Virus record (IMG/VR): IMGVR_UViG_3300038425_000174
DNA length: 64,000 nt
Strand: one strand, 5' to 3'
Source of the DNA: a virus
This document shows positions 36,722-45,239 of this stretch, piece after piece. A program made the translations under genes and the position numbers. Under the pieces are notes generated by a model that saw only the letters and a list, made by a program, of their open reading frames with translations, made no database searches and was not told the origin of the DNA. Position 1 is the first letter of the stretch, and every line of letters starts with the position of its first letter.

Positions 36722-38819
36722 TTACGGCACGGGTCGGATGGAACCGTCGCAGGTCGGACAGAGGTCGCCCTCCGGCCCCGAGCCCCATTGCGCCAGTTCC
36801 TCCCCCGACGCCTGTCGGGGGTCGATCCCGTGCCCACAGCGATCGCAGTAGAGCCAGGACAGTTCCGCCAGCGCCGGACCGTCCAGGTGCTCTCCGACGA
36901 TGGTCCGGAGGCGCAAGCGACCCATGTGGCTTGACTCGCTTCCCATCACTCGGCGCCAAGCGCGATTTCCGTGATACGCACCAGCTCGCCGCCGAAGGTG
37001 AACGCCTGATCCGCCGCCTCGTGATCGTGCGGCGCGACGTTCATAGCACGCAGGATCGTCGTCTGCGGCGTAGGAGGACCCTGCTGGGCCTCCTCGTCCT
37101 GCACAGTTGTGCAGAGCGCGTGGGAGCAGCTCCTTGGTGACGCTCATGCCGGAGGAAGGATGGTCGCCATCGGGTCGCTATCGGTCCATCGCCGCTGACC
37201 GGCGACGTAGACGTGTTCACCGGGGTGACCGGCCCGGAGCTGACAGCAGAGGCAAACGACCGCCATCTGGGTCCCCCTGTTCTTGAGACCGGATGGACAC
37301 TGGACCTCGCCCTCCCGGCCCCGCGTCAACCACTCTCGCTCGGCTTCACTATAGGTCATGCCGACCAGCCCGTAGCTACCAGGATGAGCGCCTGGACGGC
37401 CACGTTTAGAAGGAGCCCGCTCCACTCCAGGGGATGCACCGGCCGCACAGGGCGATCGTCCTCCTCCCAGGTCCAGTGGGTCATTCGCGCCATCAGTCGC
37501 CAGAAGAGGAACAGGGGAACGAACGCGACCAGGACTGCCAGGGCGAACACGTCGCCGAGCAGAAGCTCGTAGACAGCATGGAAGAGGACATAAAGACAGA
37601 ACCCGCACCAGAGGACGTAGAAGATCAGCCGTTCTGGGGGCGGGCGACGGCGGCGAGTCAGCTTCAGTGCGAGCGCGAGACTGCTCATGGCTCGATTCTA
37701 CTCGGTTACCTGGACGGAAGGCGCGGGCGGCCCGATTCTCTCCATCGCCTCAAGTAGGCGCTCAGTCCGATCCCTCAGTGATGGGGGGAGGTTGGTTGGC
37801 TCTGCGTCGTAGCCCTCGACCCACTCCCGGAGCAACGGGCCGAGGACGAGGGACGGCACGTACGTTTCCCCAGAGATGCGCAACGGCTCATCGAGCCCGT
37901 GGATCGAGACGCCGATTACCGCAGCGCCTCGGCGATCGGTTCGACCTGTTTCCCTCCGAGTTCCGAGGAGGACTCCCACGGCCCCAGCGTCGGAGGCGAG
38001 ACGCCGTCCCGCCGTATCTCTGCAACCCAGCCCTCGCAGCGCTCGGCGTCCATCACCAAGACGACCAATATCTCCCGGCGTTCGTGATGCTCGCTGGGAC
38101 GACCCCGCGGATACTCATTGCGGTCCAGTCTCGCACGCTCAGCCGGCGTCAGTGTGGCCGGGTCGATGGCGACTTCCCAGGACGAATGAACGCGCGCCAC
38201 CTTGAGCGCCTTGCGCCGCTTCGCCACCTTCGCCACCTGGACCCCGTACAGCTCCTTGTCGCCGCGCAGCGCCATGATGAGCCGGCGGCCGTCGCGGCAG
38301 TCGAGGATGGCGAACGGCTCCCAGTCGTCATCCCGGTCCGTGAAGCCCTTGCCGACCGACTCAGCCTGTCGGCACACCTCCTCCTGAAAAGCCCGAAAGC
38401 TCGGCATGGACTACCGGCCCTTCGTCGGCGACTCTACGTGGTCAAAGAGCCAGGCCGAGCCGATCATCCCGACGAGGCTTCCGCCGATAGTCACCCCGAA
38501 CACGATCCAGCCGTGCTGCCCGATTGCTTCGAGCGAGAAGCCGATCATGGCACCGAACGCAAGCCCGGCGACGATTGGACGAATGACGCTCATCGGGACA
38601 CCTCCCGCTTGTCCTGTTCGCGCCTACGGTTCCGCGCGAACGTCTTGGCCCATGCTCGCGGCATCCGGCGGGCCTTCTCCGGATCGGCATCGTGGCCAGT
38701 GTTCGTACGGATGGGGACGCCGCGCAGTTGTGTCGATGGGTCCTGTGCGCGGCTCATGGGAGCAGCCAGTCGAACAAACGATCCACGCATCCCCCGATCC
38801 TTCGTCTGAGCCAGCCCAT
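36722..38819 (-). CDS. Leftward operon of small hypothetical/membrane ORFs (36722-37147, 37356-37688, 37698-37979, 37916-38407, 38411-38593, 38590-38757, 38754-38819)
   Basis: Overlap-coupled chain starting from a near-leaderless TATAGT promoter at 38828-38833. Confidence 0.5.
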
Positions 38820-38842
38820 AGGCCCTAACTATATACCAAGCC

Positions 38843-38908
38843 CTACCGGGGCTCCGGGCTGGGATGCCACCGTCTCCTGCCGCGCCCGGAGCCCCGCCCC
38901 GGAGTCTA
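38843..38908 (-). ncRNA. Candidate ~55-nt hairpin sRNA / operator with its promoter
   Basis: TAGACT at 38903-38908; perfect 12-bp inverted repeat 38848-38859 / 38884-38895. Confidence 0.35.
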
Positions 38909-39170
38909 GCGCGCCGACATAACAGGATCGCTGTAACGTTCGCAGCTTCGGAAGCCCCTCCCCTAGCGATCGATCCCCACTCGCTGGGTTCAGGGCTTCT
39001 TGGGCCGGAACGGCGCCACCGCGAACCCTAACAGAAGCAAGGCGTCCCCCGAGCCAGTCCTGAGCCCTGGAGACGCCCTGTAGTACAGGAGGATCAGCGA
39101 ACCTACCATAGTCTAGTCCCGCAGTCAAATAGTCCCCAAGCCTATCCGATCATCCTGCTAGGCTGGAACG

Positions 39171-39413
39171 GTGCCACGCAGCACGCCCAGCCAGGCGCTT
39201 GCGGAGCTTCTCTTGCAGCTCCGAGAGGAACGCGGGATGTCGCGCGAAGCACTCGCGGTCAAGGCGGGGATCACAGCCACGGCCCTGAGCCACATAGAGC
39301 GGGGGATCAGCTCTCCCGGTTGGGAGACTGTCGCCGCCATCGCCCTGGCCCTCGACGTGACTCTCGTTGAGATTGCCAGCGCGCTCGAAGGTGAGCTTCC
39401 ACCCGGGCTCTAG
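39171..39413 (+). CDS. XRE-family HTH repressor (leaderless)
   Basis: LREERGMSREALAVKAGITATALSHIERGISSPGWET; TAGGCT 6 nt before GTG; divergent from the leftward operon. Confidence 0.9.
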   Translation: MPRSTPSQALAELLLQLREERGMSREALAVKAGITATALSHIERGISSPGWETVAAIALALDVTLVEIASALEGELPPGL

Positions 39414-41270
39414 TCCTCATCGTCGATCGCGAAGAAGACGAGTTCCTTCTCGTCGACCCGCACGCGGTCCTCTCGGATTGCCTCCCGAGCTGCGTCACCG
39501 ATATCCAGGCCGACCCCCTTACCCGCACACTGACTACAGATGACCGGCGCCGGCAGGCCCACCGTCAGTGCCCGCTTGCTCACCCAGCACCTCGCGCCAC
39601 ACTTCGTACATGGACGTGCGACTGCAGGCACGTAGGGAGCGACTAGGTCGGCAACCCGCGTGCAGATGTAGAGGCTCTCGGTCACTCCGACAGCCATCCC
39701 GGGGTGATCTCCACTTCTAGGCGCCGGGCACGCCAGGCACCCCGCAGCAAGCGCTCCAGTTCGGCGAACGCGGCCTCGCATTCAGTCCTTCGCTCCTCTC
39801 TTCGTGCTTTCATGAACGCCGTCCACCTGAGATGCCCGGGGAGCCACACTGCGACCGCCACCGCCATCCAGGCGATGCCGACCACTATGGACAGGACCCA
39901 GAAGACGAACGCGAGCCCGAAGAGCAACCTATGCGGCCAGGCTTTCATTCCGACGCGTCGGTCTCCAGGTTCGAAAAGATCAGTCGGGCGCATCCGTGAA
40001 CGCATTGCTCATGAGCGATGATCGCTACGGCATTGTAGGCACGTCCCTCGTGCGCCTTCCGGCGCTCGTCCGGATCATCCCCGGGGCCGATCTCCACCAG
40101 CGCCGGCACGTCTCCCACGGCCAGCGGCTTCCCGCACCCTGGGCAGATGTCCCCAACGGCTGGGTGATCCGCGGTGATTGCTCCGAACCGTCCCGGTGCT
40201 GATGGCATTAGCGTAACCTGCCGTGCTTGCGGAGGAAGGCAGTGCGTTCCGCGAGCTGCTCCGGGGTATGGTTTTCTCGCAGCGGTCTTAGCATCTCGAT
40301 CACGTCTAGTGCTTCGGAGAGAGCGGCCTCGGCGCATTTGGTCCGATGTTGGTGGAACTTGCAACCGGCACGCCAACCGGCAAGAAAACACCCTTTCCGC
40401 GAAACTCGGCCCTGATGCACTTGCTCGCTGAGTGATCCTTTCGCGCCACGGCTGCCCCATGCCCGCTCCATCGCCTCTCGCTCAGCTGTAGGGAGGTCGG
40501 TCATGGCTGCTCCGACAGGATCTCCACGTCGATCGCGTCGACGTTCCAGCCCTGATCACGGGCACCGATAGTCAGGATGCCGACGAAGCCAACGCCCTCC
40601 ATCTGGGTCTCGCACTCGACAAGAAGATGACCGGCGACTTTGCGCCCGCCGGGGGACGCCCGCTCCGCGAGTCGCGCTTCGATCCACTCCCGCGCTATCG
40701 CCGTAACTGGACGCCTGCACTCGTCCCCGAGCCCCTTGAGGGTGTCGAACTGTCCCTGATCGAGGCCACCTAGTATCAACACGCCCGTTACACCGCGCGG
40801 AACCAGCTCCTCCAGGCTATCCCACTCCGCGTCGCCGTATCCCGGCAGGAGTCCGGCGGTGGCATCGAGCGCCTCGGCTGCCTGTACTTGCCACATTCTC
40901 TGGGCATCGGGTTTCAGCTCATCCCACGGGCAGACACCGTGGCCGAGGTTCTGAAAGAGATACTTCGCCAGTCGCATCTCCTGCCGTTCGACCCTGCTGC
41001 TCATCTCTCCACTACGCGTGACCTCGTTCGCTATCCGAACGAGCCAGTCCGGCCTCTCATCGCTCATGACCCCATCCCTCGGCCGAGAGCTGCTCCAGCG
41101 ATGAGGACCGCGAGTGTCCCAAGCTGGTAGGCTTCTTCCTCCTCAGCCCTGCGGGCCAGCCTCGCGTACGCCTCGGTGTCGAGTGGGAGGGCCTCCTTGG
41201 CGACCTCGCCGTGACTCCGGCCGATGAGCGCCTCGAACCTGGCCTCTACCTCCATTGTCATGGTGCCCAC
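39410..41270 (-). CDS. Run of leftward hypothetical ORFs (39410-39781, 39682-40005, 39945-40205, 40208-40504, 40501-41067, 41064-41270)
   Basis: Coupled ORFs; several starts uncertain. Confidence 0.45.
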
Positions 41271-41373
41271 ATCCCGGTAGCGATTGCGAAGAGTATCCCC
41301 ATGACGACCAGCGGCACGCCGATGCAGACGACCCCTGTCAGGTAGTAGACAAACCAGTAGGCGATCCGACCCA

Positions 41374-41640
41374 TCACGTTGATCGTACCTTTCCCGCCGC
41401 GAGTCCGTCCCTGTACCACTTCTCGAATCTCAGCCAGAAGCCAGGGGAAACACCGACGACGATGGCGAGCCGCTCCGCGATCTCCCCCGTGATATGGGCG
41501 TCGCCCCGGAGTATCCCCTCGAACACGTCCAGGGGGATGTCACAGGCGGTGGCCGCGACTCGGGGCGTGAGCCCGTTCTCCCCACACCACTCGCTCAGGA
41601 CCTCCCCGGGCGCGACGACCCAGTCAGGATTCCAGCTCAC
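41374..41640 (-). CDS. HigA-like antitoxin / XRE HTH protein
   Basis: PGEVLSEW...ITGEIAERLAIVVGVSPGFWLRFE matches the HigA/VapI pattern. Confidence 0.8.
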   Translation of the reverse strand: MSWNPDWVVAPGEVLSEWCGENGLTPRVAATACDIPLDVFEGILRGDAHITGEIAERLAIVVGVSPGFWLRFEKWYRDGLAAGKVRST

Positions 41641-42030
41641 TCTGCCGCCTCGCCCTCCTGCGCTTTCGTCTCGTCAGGCTCCCCAGCGTCCTCTGGCTCC
41701 TCCTTCGGCGGGTGGTCGCGTTCCCATCTGTCGAGCCTGGCGCGATCGAGAACCCTTCCCCTTTGAGTGGTCATGAGTGCGTGCGCGATGTATTCGGCCA
41801 GCAGTCCGGCGACCTCGGCGTCGGCATCCTCTCTGTCTCCAGCCAGCTCCGTGAGCGCACGACCGACGAGGGGAAGATCCGACTCGTCGATGAGGATACG
41901 CATTCGGCGCGGCTCGCGCCACACGGGGACATCGCCACCGATCCCCTGCTCGTGCGTTGCGCTGCGTGGCGGCCGGCGCTTGACCTCGATGTGCTCGGTC
42001 AGCTCAGGTTTACGCTCCTCGTCGTTCATC
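41637..42030 (-). CDS. Hypothetical protein
   Basis: SD AGGAG before MNDEER; GTGA overlap. Confidence 0.5.
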
Positions 42031-42541
42031 TGCCTTCTCCTTTCGGGGTGAGGCGGCCGGGCGGACCCCCGAGACCTCACCTGGAGGGGTGGCTCCGATC
42101 GTCGAGCATTTCGTCTTGCCTGGGAGTTCCCGGCCGCGTGGGCAGTCTATACCAAAGGTCGCCTCGTGTGGCGTTACAGGCCCCCTAGCGCCCCGCTGAC
42201 GCGGTCCTGGGGCTAGGTCACGGTGCGCCAGGTGTTTCATGGACCCCATCGAACAGGCGTGTCGGTCGTGACGGGATCTCCCCGCCCACCATGCCTAGCG
42301 CACGGCAGAAGAGACTACCACTCACGCCGCGGCCCTGAACTGCGCCTGCGCGCCTCCGACGGGCGCTTGAATAGCGGCTCGTCCGCTTCCGAGCCGCGGA
42401 TTCCCCCCTCGGCGATACAGATTCGGCACGCCCAACCGGAGAGGCTGCCTATTGTCATGTGGGATCGGCAGGTCGCCAGGGAATAGTTGGGAGGCGTCGC
42501 CCCCACTTCTCGCCCTCGCTCACCGCTTCAGCCTCCATAGG

Positions 42542-42886
42542 CTAGGACCTAACGTACCATTCACTTTCAGCGATGAGCAGTCGATGCCCCCGCACGTAGA
42601 CGCGGTCGGTCCAGGTCACAGAGGTAGATCCGATCACCCTGCCAGATTCCTCTACCACGAGGGTGGCCCTGACGGTGCAGGAGGTCCCACCCCCCTGTGA
42701 GTGGTGACAGCTGCTCACCGAGAGCGCGATCGTGGGGGCGTCGGCGTGAATAACGCGCTTTGCCGTGGCGGCGCCCACGACGCGCGCCTGAGCTACTGCG
42801 GGCGCCATGAGCGCGATCAGGAGCGCCAGCACAGCTAGCCGGCGCCCCCGCTTGACTTCACCTGTGTGACCGATGCCTACGCTCAT
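42542..42886 (-). CDS. Small secreted protein
   Basis: Signal peptide RRLAVLALLIALMAPAVAQA. Confidence 0.65.
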   Translation of the reverse strand: MSVGIGHTGEVKRGRRLAVLALLIALMAPAVAQARVVGAATAKRVIHADAPTIALSVSSCHHSQGGGTSCTVRATLVVEESGRVIGSTSVTWTDRVYVRGHRLLIAESEWYVRS

Positions 42887-43430
42887 ATCTCCGACATTCA
42901 CGCTTGCTGTACGCCTTCCCTTCGACGAGCAGGCTACCACAGCGGCCCGTCGCCCACGCGGGTACTCCAGGCAGGTGGTAGGGAAAGTCCCGCGTACAGG
43001 CCGGGACCATGTCCGACCGCGGTTCGAGGAACATCACCGAGAGCGGATCGCCTGTCTCGTCGGGCAGGCCGACGCTATGCCCGTACTCGTGTACTGAGAG
43101 GATGCAGTTGAAGCGCTTACCTTCGGCTGCCGACAGCCCGGTCATCTTCGCCCACTGCGCGGGCGCGAAGCGCTGCCAGCAGCCGTCGAGCTGGGCGTCT
43201 GCGACCACTTCCCCGTCTTCCGCCCCTTCGGCTTCCATCGGCCCGACCTGGATGACGTAACCGGCGGCGCAGCCATTCCGCGCCGCCACTTCGGCCGGGC
43301 TCAGGTGCCAGTATCCGGCGTCGACGGCGAGGAACCGCTGCGCGATGGGCGTGCCCGTCACGTCTTGCCCCTGCGCGACCGCCGGGGCCAGGCAGGCTAG
43401 CACGAGCAGGAGCGTAAGCGGGCGCCTCAT
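42858..43430 (-). CDS. Secreted zinc metalloprotease-like protein (metzincin/M10-like)
   Basis: Signal peptide; HEYGHSVGL...SVM zinc motif and Met-turn. The third His of HExxHxxGxxH is replaced by Asp. Confidence 0.7.
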   Translation of the reverse strand: MRRPLTLLLVLACLAPAVAQGQDVTGTPIAQRFLAVDAGYWHLSPAEVAARNGCAAGYVIQVGPMEAEGAEDGEVVADAQLDGCWQRFAPAQWAKMTGLSAAEGKRFNCILSVHEYGHSVGLPDETGDPLSVMFLEPRSDMVPACTRDFPYHLPGVPAWATGRCGSLLVEGKAYSKRECRRYERRHRSHR

Positions 43431-44887
43431 CCGATCGTTACGCCCATGTGTGCTGCTGCTTCCAGCGCTTCGTAGCCTACGGTCGCGCAGCTATATTCAC
43501 TATATCCGATAACTATGCCCTCGCCGACGGCCCAGCCGTCACTCATCGCAATCATCGGACCGCCGCTGTCGCCGGGCAGGGCGCAGGCGCCTTCTAGTTC
43601 ATAGGTATGCTGAACCGCGATAACCTTACTTTCACCCGGGTTGAGTTCGTATCGCAGCGGGATAGTGCGATTCGGAGTCTTCACCGTTCCGCAGAGCGGG
43701 GATTTATACCCTACGCTTTCACCCCTAGCGATATCTTCTAAGCTACGGGCGCCGTAGTGACACTCCCACTGACCGAGATAGGGTCGTGCGCCTCCCCGTA
43801 TTGGGATTTCGGGGTTTCTGTTCCTCTCTTCGATTTCGGCATTTTCGGCCCCGATGTTAGCGCGTTCCACTTCGCGGTTTAGTCTGCGTGTAAGACATTC
43901 GAGATATTCCGCCTGTTCCTTGTGCCAGCGTTCCGGTTCGGTGAAGACTTCCGCCTGCGGCCATTCGCAGGTAATTGGCGCTGGGACCGTTTTGAGGGGG
44001 AGCGGCGCCGGCTTGTACCCCCACGCCTGCACTTTGTATTCACCCCCGCAGTTGCCCATCCCGAGCAGCCCGTCGTCTCCGTTTTCGTCTAGCTCCCACT
44101 GTGACCATAACCCCGTGTTACACACACCGCCGCCGCCGGTAAACCAGGGCTCTCCCTGTATGAGAGGGGGGGCCAGGCAATGCCCGGCCGTGAGCAGGTA
44201 GGTACCCGATGAGTTGTAGGCGAGGAATCCGGCAGAACAGATGATCTTTTGACCTACGTTTCCATTTTCCGCCGGGCGTTCGGCTTCGATTCTCACACCG
44301 GAGCGTATTTCACGCGCGCAGTACGGGAACGAGCACGAGGCCGCGACTACTGGGGTGATCGTTTCGCCCCACTTGAAGTGAGGGGTAATGCGTTTCGACC
44401 AGCCATCGGCCATTGCCACGACGGCGACGGCGAACTCTTGGTCTAGGGTGAGCGTGTTTCCCTCGGCGACTGTTACCGTGTTTTCCTGCACGTCCGGCAT
44501 GACTTGTACCGAATAGCCCGCCAGTCCTGCAGCTAGGGTCGCTTCGTATGCCTGGAGTGCAAGTTCAGTGTGCTTCACCGGAACGTAGCGAGCTGGGGCG
44601 CCGGCCATCGCTATTTCCGCCTGCGCCTGGCTCGCGCCCGGCGGAAGATTCACTACAAATTGCGCCGTCGTGTTATCGAACCACACGCCGCCGTAGTTCG
44701 CGTGGAAAGTTTCCTGCAAGGCGCTAACGACGTCTGGGTCCTGTTGCTGCGCTTCCAGGTCCTGCACGGCCGTCGATTCGGCGACGCCGGCATGTGCCGC
44801 GAGCGCCGCTGCTTCGCCTTCCGCCCGGGCAGTCGCCGGTACGACCAGTGCGACTGCGACAATGATAGTTAGGCCGAGTCTACGCAT
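43427..44887 (-). CDS. Secreted S1 (alpha-lytic/streptogrisin-like) serine protease with propeptide
   Basis: Signal peptide; CSAGF, LLTAGHC, DDGLL and GDSGGP triad motifs. Confidence 0.9.
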   Translation of the reverse strand: MRRLGLTIIVAVALVVPATARAEGEAAALAAHAGVAESTAVQDLEAQQQDPDVVSALQETFHANYGGVWFDNTTAQFVVNLPPGASQAQAEIAMAGAPARYVPVKHTELALQAYEATLAAGLAGYSVQVMPDVQENTVTVAEGNTLTLDQEFAVAVVAMADGWSKRITPHFKWGETITPVVAASCSFPYCAREIRSGVRIEAERPAENGNVGQKIICSAGFLAYNSSGTYLLTAGHCLAPPLIQGEPWFTGGGGVCNTGLWSQWELDENGDDGLLGMGNCGGEYKVQAWGYKPAPLPLKTVPAPITCEWPQAEVFTEPERWHKEQAEYLECLTRRLNREVERANIGAENAEIEERNRNPEIPIRGGARPYLGQWECHYGARSLEDIARGESVGYKSPLCGTVKTPNRTIPLRYELNPGESKVIAVQHTYELEGACALPGDSGGPMIAMSDGWAVGEGIVIGYSEYSCATVGYEALEAAAHMGVTIG

Positions 44888-44947
44888 GATACCCTCCCTG
44901 GTAGGCGCCCTCCGGGCGCGTTAGAGGGGATATTAGCAGGTAGACGG

Positions 44948-45103
44948 CTACCTCTGCCGGTACTCCCACGCGAGGGGACCGAGCAGACACACGGCCGCGA
45001 ACCCCCAGAGCACGTAGCTACCCATGAACCCACCAGCGATGGCGCATACGAACCCGAGCCGGACTAGGACCTTACAGCCCCTACCTTCCTTGCGTCCTTG
45101 CAT
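44948..45103 (-). CDS. Small membrane protein (51 aa)
   Basis: Hydrophobic ORF MQGRK...LAWEYRQR. Confidence 0.4.
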   Translation of the reverse strand: MQGRKEGRGCKVLVRLGFVCAIAGGFMGSYVLWGFAAVCLLGPLAWEYRQR

Positions 45104-45239
45104 GAGACCGGAGCCTAGCACGAACGGCGACCCTTGGTCACCCTGGTGGTCAGAACCGCCTCACCGGAATCTGCCGTCCTTCAGCTAGCACTACACAGCC
45201 GTCCGTACCGACACCGCGACCAAAGGCCAAGACGAGTCG

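Noticed and set aside
21948-38809. Long opposite-strand ORFs (21948-23168, 28296-29459, 30313-31107, 37667-38809)
   Set aside because: Shadows of well-supported genes in GC-rich DNA; Arg/Pro/Ala-rich and without motifs.
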